Shown here piece by piece: positions 1 to 9,719 of a stretch of 64,000 bases of DNA. Below the pieces are notes generated by a model. The model was not told the DNA's origin. It searched no databases and saw only the letters and a list, made by a program, of their open reading frames with translations. The stretch covers positions 6,400,001 through 6,464,000 of the forward strand of contig OZ245006.1 in assembly GCA_965223545.1 (NCBI GenBank), given 5' to 3'. The DNA comes from Planctomycetota bacterium (GTDB lineage: Bacteria; Planctomycetota; UBA1135; UBA2386). The position numbers were made by a program, and so were the translations under genes. The number at the start of each line of letters is the position of its first letter. Positions within the stretch are counted from its first letter, which is position 1.

Positions 1-2
1 CG

Positions 3-776
3 GAGGAGCGACCGGCATTCTGGCTGCACGTCGGCGACGTCGCCTACCCCTGGGGTCATCAGGAGCACTACAACGCCGCGTTCTTTCGCCCGTTCGCAGC
101 CCTGCTGGCCGACGCGCCGTGCTACCTCGCGCTCGGCAACCACGACGTGCTCGACGATCGCGGCCGGCAGGCGCTCGCCAACTTCCACCTGCCACGCGGC
201 GAGTGGACTGGCGACGAGCGGTGCTACGCGTTTTCCTGGGGCAGCGTGCGGATCGTCGTGTTGGATCTCAATGCGGCGGTCGATGCCGGTCACCCCGCCC
301 TCGGCGCGCTGCGGCGCGGCTTCGCGGGCCACGCCGAGCCGTGGCGCGTGGTGGTGGCGCACCACCCGGTGTACTCGGCGTCACGGCAGGGTGACCGCCG
401 CGATCTGGTCGAGCACCTGGCGCCGGCGTTAATCGAGGCGCACGTCGACCTGTTGTTGGTCGGCCACGATCACAACTACCAGCGCTTCGCGCCGCTCGGC
501 GGCGTGCGCGGGCCGGTCATGGTGGTGACGGGCGGCGGCGGTAAGAGCCTGTACGATCTGGTGCCGCACAGCGAGTTGCGCGCCAGCTACCGCGGCTTCC
601 ATTTCCTGTCGGTGGAGGTCGCCGGCCCGGAACTCCGCGTCACCGCGCTCGGCACGGACGGCTCCGCCGTCGATCGCTTCGCGCTGCACCTCCGCGACCG
701 CGCCGACCGCGGCCAGCGCGACCCCACACAGCGCGATCGCGACCGGCGCGTCGGCGCCCTGTTGTCCGAACACTGA
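3..776 (+). CDS. Calcineurin-like metallophosphoesterase (purple acid phosphatase-like), 5'-truncated by the window edge
   Basis: The frame is open from the window start. Motifs: GDVAY, GNHD, HHP, GHDHNY. Confidence 0.88.
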   Translation, partial: EERPAFWLHVGDVAYPWGHQEHYNAAFFRPFAALLADAPCYLALGNHDVLDDRGRQALANFHLPRGEWTGDERCYAFSWGSVRIVVLDLNAAVDAGHPALGALRRGFAGHAEPWRVVVAHHPVYSASRQGDRRDLVEHLAPALIEAHVDLLLVGHDHNYQRFAPLGGVRGPVMVVTGGGGKSLYDLVPHSELRASYRGFHFLSVEVAGPELRVTALGTDGSAVDRFALHLRDRADRGQRDPTQRDRDRRVGALLSEH

Positions 777-895
777 GAGGCGGCGCGTAGCGTCGGCGCC
801 CGCGATCAGGACCTCCCTGGCCCGCAAGGCTGAGTCCGCTGCCATCGGCTGGAACGCGCCGCCGCGTCGCGAGCGCTATACTCCTGCAACACCCA

Positions 896-2086
896 ATGCC
901 CGTTCTCCGCGAATCTCGCTACCTGCGCGTAAAGCTCGACATGGTGGGCCGGTGCCAGCTGCGCTGCATCATGTGCCACTTCGCCCACCCCGACTTCGTC
1001 GAGAACAAGACGACCATGGGGCGGGAGTTGCTCGAGAAGGTTGCCGGCGAGCTGTTTCCGCGCGCCCACGATGTCGTGCTGTCGTCGAGTGCCGAACCGC
1101 TAATGGCGCCGGATTTGCCGCGCGCGTTGGAGCTTTGCCGCGAGCACGACGTCCCCAACTTCCACTTCTCGACCAACGGGCTGAGTCTGACGCGCGCGAT
1201 CGTCGACAAGACCATCGAAGTGCAGATGCCGCTGCTGACGATCTCGATCGATGCGGGCACCAAGGAGACCTTCGAGCGCATTCGCACTCCGGCCAAGTGG
1301 GAGCGCGTCATCAGTCGTTTCGATCTGATCCGCGATGCCAAGCGCGAACTCGGCTCCGATCTACCGGCGGTGAGTGCCACCGCCGTCCTGATGCGGAGCA
1401 ACATCCGGGAGATGCCGGGCCTGGTGCGGCTGATGCGCGACAAGGGCGTCACTCAGATGAACTTCGTGCACATGGCGGTCATGGGCGGGCTGGGCATCGA
1501 GCACGAGAGCCTGCTCAACGATCCCCAGCTGTGCAACGAGATGCTGGCGGAGATCCGCGCCACCGCGGACGAGGTTGGCATGTTGGCGCAGATTCCAATG
1601 CCGATCCCGGTCGATCTGCGCAGTGGTGAGGCCGAGGTCACCGATGCGGCGCGCAGCAGCGAAGGCGGTGGGTCGGCGTTGCTTCCCGACGAGGAGCGGC
1701 TGAAGGCGGGCGCGTTGGACGTCGCCGAGTACCTCAACGGCAAGAACCGCGAGTTCTTGCTCCGCGCCAAGCAGAAGCAGCACCACAACCGGCCGTGCTA
1801 CTTTCCGTGGTATTACATCCACGTCAACCCGGATGGCACCGTGTTCCCGTGCGGGAGCTGGTTCGAGTTCTCCTCGTTCGGCGACTTCAAGACGCAGACG
1901 TTTCGTGAGATCTGGACCGGAAAGCCGTACCGGGAGCTGCGCCGGCAGCTGTACCACATGCAGCTGCGCGACGTCTGCGCCAACTGCTCGGTGGCGAACA
2001 TGGGGCGGCCCGACGTCAAGGCCTCGTTCAGTCACCGCGTCAAAGTGCGCCGGCAGCGTCAGGCCGCTGCCCGAGCCGGCGACTGA
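896..2086 (+). CDS. Radical SAM protein with SPASM/twitch domain
   Basis: CQLRCIMC (CxxxCxxC), STNG and ISID motifs. C-terminal CYFPW...DGTVFPC...CANC. Confidence 0.9.
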   Translation: MPVLRESRYLRVKLDMVGRCQLRCIMCHFAHPDFVENKTTMGRELLEKVAGELFPRAHDVVLSSSAEPLMAPDLPRALELCREHDVPNFHFSTNGLSLTRAIVDKTIEVQMPLLTISIDAGTKETFERIRTPAKWERVISRFDLIRDAKRELGSDLPAVSATAVLMRSNIREMPGLVRLMRDKGVTQMNFVHMAVMGGLGIEHESLLNDPQLCNEMLAEIRATADEVGMLAQIPMPIPVDLRSGEAEVTDAARSSEGGGSALLPDEERLKAGALDVAEYLNGKNREFLLRAKQKQHHNRPCYFPWYYIHVNPDGTVFPCGSWFEFSSFGDFKTQTFREIWTGKPYRELRRQLYHMQLRDVCANCSVANMGRPDVKASFSHRVKVRRQRQAAARAGD

Positions 2087-2205
2087 ACCCGGCGTGGTGG
2101 CCGCGCCGATCGGTGGTCGCGGCCGAGGCGGGGCACGCTATTGTAGAGGCACATGCCCGCCGCGGGCGCACCGCCCCACTACTGTCCACTGTTGCCACCA
2201 CTGTC

Positions 2206-3210
2206 ATGAATGCCGCCGTCTTCGTCGACTTCGAGAACCTGTATCTGTCACTCAAGAGCCGCAACGACGGCACAGGTGTGCGCACGCGCGAGCTGAGCTT
2301 GCAGATCTTGGAGGGCATGTTGGCGCGCTTGCGCAAGCGCGGTCACCCGATGGTGATCGGCCGGTCGTACGCGGCGTTCGACACCTATCCCGGAGTCGAG
2401 GTCGCGCACGATCTTGCGCTGATGGGGCTGGACCCTCAGTACGTCTTGATCAGCCATTCGGGCAAGAACTCCGCCGACGTCCAGCTGGCGCTCGACGTGG
2501 CGCGCGTCGTGTTCCAGCGCCGAGACATCGAGCTCATCGTTATCGTCTCGGGGGATCGCGACTTCATCCCTCTCGCGCGCCAAGTGCTCGAAGAGGGGCG
2601 CGAGCTCCGCATCGTCGCGATTCCGGATACCACCAGCGGCGATTTGCGCGAACGCGTCGGTGAGCAGCGCTTCGTCAACGCCCTCGAGCTGATCCAGTCG
2701 CCGGTCAATCTGCTCAAGCCCGCCGAAGCCCCGGCCGCGGAGCGTCCGAGCCGCGAGCGCCGCCGGCGCGAAATCGACAGCGCCAACGGATCCGCCGTCG
2801 TCGATGCCGCGCCCAGCAACACGGACGAGGCGGCGCCACCCGACGACGAGCCGAGCCCGCCCAACGTCGTCGGCCATGTCCCCGTGACTTGGCAGACACA
2901 GCGCAGCGTCAGTCCGGAGGAGCACGAGGATCGGTTGCGCGAGTGCCTGGAGATGCTGGTCAAGGCGCGGCTACGGCACAACTCACCCGACATCTGGCTG
3001 TCGCCGTTCCTCAAGGGACCGATGAGCCAGCACTTCTCCAACCTCGTCCATCCCGAACGTCGAGCGTTGATCAACGAGCTGCGCAACCGCGGAGTGATCC
3101 AGGTCGAAGAGCGCGACAACGCCTACGCCGACCACCCCTACTCAGTGATCGTCATCGCCGAGGATCACCCGATGGCGCAGGCCGCGTGGGACCGCACAAC
3201 CCGCAAGTGA
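2206..3210 (+). CDS. NYN (LabA/DUF88, PIN-fold) domain protein with a C-terminal helical domain
   Basis: VFVDFEN, GKNSADVQL and IVSGDRDF motifs. ATG at 2206. Confidence 0.88.
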   Translation: MNAAVFVDFENLYLSLKSRNDGTGVRTRELSLQILEGMLARLRKRGHPMVIGRSYAAFDTYPGVEVAHDLALMGLDPQYVLISHSGKNSADVQLALDVARVVFQRRDIELIVIVSGDRDFIPLARQVLEEGRELRIVAIPDTTSGDLRERVGEQRFVNALELIQSPVNLLKPAEAPAAERPSRERRRREIDSANGSAVVDAAPSNTDEAAPPDDEPSPPNVVGHVPVTWQTQRSVSPEEHEDRLRECLEMLVKARLRHNSPDIWLSPFLKGPMSQHFSNLVHPERRALINELRNRGVIQVEERDNAYADHPYSVIVIAEDHPMAQAAWDRTTRK

Positions 3211-3311
3211 AAGTACGGATCCAGGCTCCCGTTCATCACTTGGTTCCACAACTCCCACCTTGGCGGCTGCCCGAGCCAAGTGATGAACGGGAGCCTGGAT
3301 CCGTACTTTCA
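3208..3311. repeat. Perfect 36-bp inverted repeat with a 32-nt loop (MITE-like element or bidirectional terminator)
   Basis: 3208-3243 TGAAAGTACGGATCCAGGCTCCCGTTCATCACTTGG is the exact reverse complement of 3276-3311. Confidence 0.9.
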
Positions 3312-4822
3312 TCTGGATCCGTGCCTTCACAGCGGGCTGTCAGGGCGTCGTGGATGGCGAGGATTGCGTGCGCGCGGTGGCGGCCGTGGGCCTGCAGCTG
3401 CTCGGTCAGCTTGTCTCGGGTCGTGGCGCGGGTGCGGGTGCGTAGCATGCGGCGAAACGCTGCCGTTGCCTCGCTGCTCGAGAACAGCTCTTCTTGGTCG
3501 TGCGCTGCGTCGCCGTCCTCACCGACCGACACCAGGGTTCGGTGCACGCTCGCCAGGTCGAACTTGCCGCGAAACTCCGGCGCGTAGACGCCGGCCTCGA
3601 TCAGCTGGCTGAGATCGAAGTGCGCCATGTGTAGCAGGGCGCGGGCCTGGGTCTTTTGCTGTGGCAGGTCCTCGAGGAGTGCGCGCAGGGTTTTCTCGAC
3701 GTGCCCGCCCCAAGTCACCAGGGTGCCCCGCAGCCGCGCCAGCTCGGACATCGTCGCCAGGAACTCCGAGCGCGGATCGTCCTTGCCGTTCGCGGTGAAC
3801 TCGAGGATCTCGCGCCGGCCACCCTCGTGGACGACCACGTCGGTCCACTGGTATGCGAGCTGTTGCCAGGGTCGCATGCTGTCGTACAGCGGCAGGGCTT
3901 CGAGCGTCGAGGAGACGTGGACGAAGTGCAGCGGGTAGTCCACGTCGTGGAGCTCCTCGCCGACGAATGGCTCGATGACCACCTCTCCCGTGCGCAGCGC
4001 GCGGAGCGCCCGCCGCTGCACTGGGGTCAGCCCCTTCTGTTTGGCGTCGATCTGGCCGAGCTCCTCGACCCCGTCTTCGTGCAGGGCCGTCTCCAGATCG
4101 CGGGACAGCCCGGGAAGGTGCAGCAGCGGCTGATCGGGGCCGGCTGCCAAGCACTCGGGTAGGTAGCCGCACTCGAAGGGATTCCGACACCAAGTGCCGG
4201 TCGGCAGTTCGGCGGTCGCCGGATCGTCGAGCAAGGCGGCGTAGCTGGCGACATGGGTGGCGACGCGGTCGATCTGCTCGCGCACCTTGGCAGTGATGTC
4301 GGCGTAACGAAACAGCTCCTGCACCGGGTAGGAGTCGCCGCCGCGGTGTCGGTACTTGGCGTTGATGTGCAGGATCGTCGCCGAGTGAACCGTGGTGCCC
4401 GCGCGCTCGATGACGTGCACGTGGAAGGCGACGTCGCGCACGTAGCGGGTCTTGATCTTGGTGCCCGACTTGACCTCGAACAGGTCGATCCCGCCGTTCG
4501 GCTGCGGGATGACGACGTCCGCGCGCACCCGCGCACCCTCGAACGAGAACGCCGCGTCGAACACCGGCCGTGGCACGCCGGCGGTCAGTGCCGCCGCGGT
4601 CTGCTGGGCGGCGAGGTCGAAGTCGTCGGGGTCGCACTGCACGCTGGCCGGAAACGCCTGCCGCGCGAGCTGGACCAGCCGCAGGCCCACTTCCTGCATC
4701 TCCTGGCGCTCCGCATTCGGGGCCGGCATGCCATCGGGGTGGTGATAGTCCAGATAGAGGCGCTTCGCGCACTGCTGGCCCGATGCGAACAGGGACTTGT
4801 CGATTCCAGGCGGAATGGGCAC
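3236..4822 (-). CDS. DUF2779-family protein: Cas4/RecB-like PD-(D/E)XK nuclease plus RNase H-like C-terminal domain
   Basis: QCAKRLYL, RADVV...FEVKS, CRNPFECGYLPEC and RPWQQLAYQW motifs. The GTG start at 4822 is inferred. Confidence 0.75.
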   Translation of the reverse strand: MPIPPGIDKSLFASGQQCAKRLYLDYHHPDGMPAPNAERQEMQEVGLRLVQLARQAFPASVQCDPDDFDLAAQQTAAALTAGVPRPVFDAAFSFEGARVRADVVIPQPNGGIDLFEVKSGTKIKTRYVRDVAFHVHVIERAGTTVHSATILHINAKYRHRGGDSYPVQELFRYADITAKVREQIDRVATHVASYAALLDDPATAELPTGTWCRNPFECGYLPECLAAGPDQPLLHLPGLSRDLETALHEDGVEELGQIDAKQKGLTPVQRRALRALRTGEVVIEPFVGEELHDVDYPLHFVHVSSTLEALPLYDSMRPWQQLAYQWTDVVVHEGGRREILEFTANGKDDPRSEFLATMSELARLRGTLVTWGGHVEKTLRALLEDLPQQKTQARALLHMAHFDLSQLIEAGVYAPEFRGKFDLASVHRTLVSVGEDGDAAHDQEELFSSSEATAAFRRMLRTRTRATTRDKLTEQLQAHGRHRAHAILAIHDALTARCEGTDPDESTDPGSRSSLGSGSRQGGSCGTK

Positions 4823-5037
4823 CGAGTGAATACAGCTGAAGAGGGAGCCGGTTGCGTGGAGAGTCGATCGAGGCCGTGAACGCGCGCCGCGCCGTCGTTG
4901 CGCCAGTCGCCGTTCGTCGGTCGTCGGGTCGCCGGTGTCGCTCACCCGCACGGTGAACCCGTCGAAGCCCTCCAAAGGGGCCGCGGCCGGCCCCACCGCT
5001 TGTCAGCCCAAGAACCTAGCCGCCGCGCCGATCCAGC

Positions 5038-5775
5038 TCAAGCGATCGCGCGCTTGCGCAGTACCATCAGTGCAATCCCCACCAAGGCGCCGATCACCGC
5101 CGGGTAGAGCAATCGCTGACCGACCGACGGGTTGCCGCGGGCCGGTCGCGACACCCGCAGCGTCGACGCCAGTGCCCGGTAGTCCGGCAGCAGGGCGTCG
5201 AACTCATCCTCGAAGGCGCGAAAGCCGAGGATCAGGGTGTCGCCGTTGGTCGGCACGAACACCTCCAGCGAGCGCAAGGGTTCCCCCCCGGCGGCCGGCA
5301 CCATCCGCGTGATGCACTCGAACACCGGATGCTGCGCCTCGCCGTACTCGGTGGCTCGCGCGTCGAGCACGGTGCGTTGCCAGAGCCCACCCTCGGTGTC
5401 CTGCATGCTCGTGATCTGGGCGACGCCCTCCTCGCCCTCGTCGGGCTCTCCCGCCACCTTGGCGATGGTCAGGCAGCGGCCATCGAAACCCTCCTCCAGC
5501 CACCGTGTGACGTCGGCGAACGGGTAGAACGGCAGCGGCCGCGCGCTGACCAGGTCGGGTGGAAAGCCCGCCTCGGGGCGCTTGGAGAGGCTGCGTGCCT
5601 GGTCCGGCGTGAGCTGTTGCCACTCGACCGGGAGCAGCAGCGCGAAGGCGCGATCGATGCTGAACACCTGCTGCTTGTCGCCGCGCAGCACTTGCCAGTC
5701 GTGCGCAGTCCCCTCCTGCGCCGCAATGGGGACGGCGGCCAGCGAGCCGAACGCGATCGCCAGGACAACGCGCAT
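5038..5775 (-). CDS. Hypothetical exported protein with a C-terminal membrane anchor
   Basis: Signal peptide MRVVLAIAFGSLAAVPIAA. Hydrophobic C-terminal helix followed by RKR. Confidence 0.7.
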   Translation of the reverse strand: MRVVLAIAFGSLAAVPIAAQEGTAHDWQVLRGDKQQVFSIDRAFALLLPVEWQQLTPDQARSLSKRPEAGFPPDLVSARPLPFYPFADVTRWLEEGFDGRCLTIAKVAGEPDEGEEGVAQITSMQDTEGGLWQRTVLDARATEYGEAQHPVFECITRMVPAAGGEPLRSLEVFVPTNGDTLILGFRAFEDEFDALLPDYRALASTLRVSRPARGNPSVGQRLLYPAVIGALVGIALMVLRKRAIA

Positions 5776-5785
5776 GGAACGCAGC

Positions 5786-8700
5786 CTACTGCTGCTGCAG
5801 CAGCCGCGCGAACGCCGAGTCCAGGTAGGTCGCGGTGCCGGGGTGCCAGCCGACGCCGGCGCGCAGTCCGGGGTCGCCCTCGAACTGCACGATCCCACGG
5901 CGGTCGATCAGCAGCACGCGGGGCATGCCGTGGAAGCCGGGCTTCACGTAGTAGCTCGACATCGTCAGAAACGTGCGGTCGAGGCCGATGTGTGCCGCCG
6001 GCATCGGGTGCTCGGCCAGGTAGCCGTCGAGCTCCGCCGCGGTGGTCGCCGGATCACAAATGACCACGAGCGCCAAGCCGTGCTCCGCGCCCTGGTCGGC
6101 GAGGTGGTTGTAGAGCCGGGTCGTCGGGATCACCTCGTCCTGTCCCGGGGACCAGAACACCAGCATGACCGGACGGCCGACGAGGCCGGCAAGGGTCACG
6201 GCATCGCCCTGCGCCCACTCGACCTTGGCTAGCTCCGGCGGGCGCACCCCGGCGAAGCTGCCCTCTTGCCGGAGACTCTCGTCGGCCATGATGCGCTCCA
6301 TGGCCAGCGCGCGTTCGACGCGCGCCGCCGGGTCGTAGCGCTCGCGCGGGAGGATGCGGACGTTGCGGTAGAACGCCTTACCGGGGCCGGTGATCAGGCC
6401 GAAGGCGCCACTCACCGACTCGCGCGACGGAAACTCGAGGCCGCGCACGTAGCGGCCGTCGAAGTAGACGTCGAGGGTGGTGCCGGTGACGTCGATGCGC
6501 ACCGTGTGCCAGTCGGTGCCGACCGGCATCGAGCGGTGGTCGCGGATGTCCCACACTCCGCCCTGGCTGGTCGAGATGTCCATGAAGCCCTTCGGGTGCA
6601 GCACCACGGCGTGAAAGTCTTGGGCGCCCTTGCGGCCGAAGCACAGGCCCATCAGCGAGCCGTCGAAGTTGCCCGCGTCGTCGCCGGCGATCCGCATCTC
6701 GGCTTCGAGCGAGAAGTCCGAATCGAAGGTGACGTCGCAGGCGAGCTCGCGAGTGTCGAGCGTGTTGTCGGACCCGGCGACGTCGACGTTGGCGCGGATC
6801 ATGTCGCCGTAGGCGGTGTAGGCGCCGCCGCCGCCGGACCAGCCGGCCAGCGAGTGCTCGTCGTAGGCGACGCGCCAGCGCGCCAGGGAGACGCCGGTCT
6901 CGCGGGCGACGCGCGTGTAGAACTCGAGCGCTTTGGAAATCGAGAAGTTCGCGCTCATCCGCCGCGCGATCTCCAGCGCCATGGTCGGCAGCCCGCGCTC
7001 TTCGTAAGAGGTGGCCAATGCCAACCCGTTGTCGGAGAGCTGCCGTTTGATGCGCTGGTAGCGCGCCGCCAGCGGATCCAGATCGAGGACCTTCTTGGCC
7101 GCGCTCGACCGCAGTGGGTCGTCGCCGCGGCCGGTGGCGTCCAGCTCCCGCAACAGCTTGCGGTAGGTCGCCGCCGCGAGTGCGTTGCGTTCGAGCTTCT
7201 CCTGACAACGGGCCAGCTTGTCGAGGATGTCGATGTCGCCCGGGTTCTGCTCGGCGGCTTCCTCGTAGAACTCCGCGGCCAGCTCGAACTCGCCCCGCGT
7301 GACGGCCGCATCGCCGTAGTGGACGAGCTTCTTCTCGCGCTTGCCGGTGACGCTGTGCACGTTGCGCAAGCCGAGAATGTACTCGCGCCAGATCGGGTCG
7401 AGCTCCGCCAGCGTTTGCACCGGCGACAGCGGCGCACCACGCAGGACGATCTCCTCGAAGTTGGCCACTGGATCCGGGGTGTGACCGCGCTTGAACGAGC
7501 TGTAGTAGTCGTGCAGGGCATCGCGGTAGACGGTGCGGCCGTCATCCGCACGGTAGTTGTACAGGAAGTACACGACACCCCAGGTCGGCGCGTACCAGGG
7601 CGGTCCCCACTCGTAGTCGCCGGCGACGACCTGCGCGAACGTCGGCGCCTTGAATGGCGTCGCCCACTCGCCCGTTTCGTCGCGCACACCGTCATCGGCG
7701 CTCTCCATCCAACCGACGAGCATGCGCTGCGCCAACGGGTACAGCCGCCGCGGCGGGACTTGGTTCCACTCCACCGTGCCGTTGCTCAGGATGGTGCAGC
7801 CCTCGAAGAACGACGCGTAGGCCTCGTTGAGCCAACCCGGCACGAAGCCGCCGGTGAGGCTGACGAACTGGTGCGCCGCCTCGTGGAACAGAGTCTGGTA
7901 CATCTCGCGGATCGACTCGGTGCCGGTCACGCCGCCGATGTAGGTCTCCACCGCGCTGCCGATGAAGTGTCCACCCGACCATTCTGCCGGGGATTGCCCG
8001 AGCTCGAGGTACTCCTCGCGGGATTTGAAGATGCGGATCTCGATCTTCGGCGTGCGTCCACCGTCGAGCTTGTAGCGGAAGAACTTGCGATAGAAGCGGT
8101 TCATCTGCTCCATCGCGATCGCCGCGGTCTCCAGCACCAGGTAGCCGGCATCGGTCCGGTAGCGGTAGTTGTCGGTGTTCTTCCGCCAAGCGGTCGCCCA
8201 TGTGTCGTGCTTGGCGTTCTCCTTCTCGATCTGCTCCGGCGTCTTGCCGAAGCTCGGGTCGGCGCCGGCGAACACGTCCTCGACCGCGACCTCGGGGCCG
8301 CCCGTGCGCCGCACTTCGGTGATGGCGGCCGCCGCCGTCGTGTGCCGCGGGTCGATCTGCAGCATGTGGCTGTAGACCTCCAGAGCGGCGAGGAAGTCCT
8401 CGCGCTTCTGGTACTCCTTGCCGAGCGACTGCAGCTCGCGCAAGTAGGTCTTCACCAGTCGTTCCCAGGTCGAGGCCTCGGGGTCGAGCTCGGCCAGCGC
8501 CTCGGCGCGTTCCTTGCGCGTCTTGTAGGGCACGGGTGACGGCTTGGCGATGGCGACGAGGTCGGACCACCGGTGCATGGCGTGCACCGCGCGGTCCATG
8601 TCGTGCATCTCCTGCGCGAGTTCGGCCTCGAGCTCGAGGGCGCGCAGGCTGTTGGCGTTGCGCTCGAGCGCGCGCTGCACCGCCGCCATCGCTGCCGGGA

Positions 8701-8815
8701 TGTCTCCCTCGCCGCGCAGGTGCTCGGCCTTCACGACGTACTTCTCGAGGAACGTGCTCGGCTGCTGATCGGGCTGCAAGCAGAGCAGCGCGGTGAGAAT
8801 CAGGGTCGGTGCCAT
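5786..8815 (-). CDS. Large secreted protein: TPR, DUF1570-like zinc peptidase, DUF1080-like and thioredoxin-like domains
   Basis: Signal peptide, TPR-like helices, HEAAH...WLNEAYASFFE, WHTVRIDVTG...VYFDG, and C-terminal MPRVLLIDRRG. Confidence 0.75.
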   Translation of the reverse strand: MAPTLILTALLCLQPDQQPSTFLEKYVVKAEHLRGEGDIPAAMAAVQRALERNANSLRALELEAELAQEMHDMDRAVHAMHRWSDLVAIAKPSPVPYKTRKERAEALAELDPEASTWERLVKTYLRELQSLGKEYQKREDFLAALEVYSHMLQIDPRHTTAAAAITEVRRTGGPEVAVEDVFAGADPSFGKTPEQIEKENAKHDTWATAWRKNTDNYRYRTDAGYLVLETAAIAMEQMNRFYRKFFRYKLDGGRTPKIEIRIFKSREEYLELGQSPAEWSGGHFIGSAVETYIGGVTGTESIREMYQTLFHEAAHQFVSLTGGFVPGWLNEAYASFFEGCTILSNGTVEWNQVPPRRLYPLAQRMLVGWMESADDGVRDETGEWATPFKAPTFAQVVAGDYEWGPPWYAPTWGVVYFLYNYRADDGRTVYRDALHDYYSSFKRGHTPDPVANFEEIVLRGAPLSPVQTLAELDPIWREYILGLRNVHSVTGKREKKLVHYGDAAVTRGEFELAAEFYEEAAEQNPGDIDILDKLARCQEKLERNALAAATYRKLLRELDATGRGDDPLRSSAAKKVLDLDPLAARYQRIKRQLSDNGLALATSYEERGLPTMALEIARRMSANFSISKALEFYTRVARETGVSLARWRVAYDEHSLAGWSGGGGAYTAYGDMIRANVDVAGSDNTLDTRELACDVTFDSDFSLEAEMRIAGDDAGNFDGSLMGLCFGRKGAQDFHAVVLHPKGFMDISTSQGGVWDIRDHRSMPVGTDWHTVRIDVTGTTLDVYFDGRYVRGLEFPSRESVSGAFGLITGPGKAFYRNVRILPRERYDPAARVERALAMERIMADESLRQEGSFAGVRPPELAKVEWAQGDAVTLAGLVGRPVMLVFWSPGQDEVIPTTRLYNHLADQGAEHGLALVVICDPATTAAELDGYLAEHPMPAAHIGLDRTFLTMSSYYVKPGFHGMPRVLLIDRRGIVQFEGDPGLRAGVGWHPGTATYLDSAFARLLQQQ

Positions 8816-8876
8816 CGGCGCCAATCTACCGGAACCGCCGGGCGGCCACCGCTCGCATCGGTGATGGTGGCCCGGA

Positions 8877-9719
8877 TCAGGCCGGCCGCAGGGCGTCCTC
8901 GAGCGCGGTGCGCGCGTCGGTGCGCGCATCGCGGTACTTGACGATCAGCGGCGTGGCGACGCACAGGCCGCGCGCGGCGGCGAACGCGCCCTGCGCCGGC
9001 CGGCTGCCCATCACCACAACGGCGCCGTCGGGCACCTCGAGGACGCCGCCGTTGGGGGTGTGGACCGTCTCGTGCACGAGGTCGTGCAACACCATGCTGC
9101 CGGTGAGCACCACGCCGGCGCCGATCACTGCGCGACGGCGGACGAGCACGCCCTCGTACAGGCCGCAGTTGCCGCCGATCATGGCCTCGTCCTCGACGAC
9201 CACCGGCAGCTGCCCGGCGGGCTCCAGCACGCCGCCGATCTGAGCCCCCGCGCTCAGGTGCACGCGCTCACCGATCTGGGCGCAGGAGCCGACCAAGGCG
9301 TGCGAGTCGACCATCGCGCCGCGGCCGACGTGGGCGCCGATGTTGACGTAGCTCGGCGGCATCAGCACGCAGCCGGCGCCGATGTGCGCGCCCGAGCGCA
9401 CCGTGGCGCCGCCCGGAACGACACGCACGTCGGACGGCATCGTGCCGACGTCGCGCGGTGGCAACAGGTCGAGGTCTCGGTGGCGGTGCGGTGCGGGCTG
9501 CTCGGGCATCACCGTGCGGCCGAGGCGGAAACACAGCAGAATGCCTTGTTTGATCCAGGCGTGCACCTGCCAACGGCCGTCGTCGGCGCGGCTGGCCGCG
9601 CGGAGGTGGCCGTCTTCGAGGCCGCGCAGCAGAGCGGTGGCGGCGGCCCGCGCGCGGTCCGGGTCGGCGATCGTCCCGCGGTTTCGTTCGATCTCGGTGC
9701 GGATCTGCGCGGCGTCCAT
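8877..9719 (-). CDS. dapD: Tetrahydrodipicolinate N-succinyltransferase
   Basis: WIKQGILL, RVVPGG, YVNIGA, GSCAQIG and GGVLEP motifs. Confidence 0.93.
   Translation of the reverse strand: MDAAQIRTEIERNRGTIADPDRARAAATALLRGLEDGHLRAASRADDGRWQVHAWIKQGILLCFRLGRTVMPEQPAPHRHRDLDLLPPRDVGTMPSDVRVVPGGATVRSGAHIGAGCVLMPPSYVNIGAHVGRGAMVDSHALVGSCAQIGERVHLSAGAQIGGVLEPAGQLPVVVEDEAMIGGNCGLYEGVLVRRRAVIGAGVVLTGSMVLHDLVHETVHTPNGGVLEVPDGAVVVMGSRPAQGAFAAARGLCVATPLIVKYRDARTDARTALEDALRPA

Noticed and set aside
3208..3311. CRISPR mini-array (36-bp repeat, 32-nt spacer, next to a Cas4-like gene)
   Set aside because: The two copies are inverted rather than direct, and no cas1/cas2 or effector genes are present.
4823..5037. 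Riboswitch or ncRNA in a hairpin-rich intergenic region
   Set aside because: It shows only short GC stems expected by chance, with no recognisable family motif.
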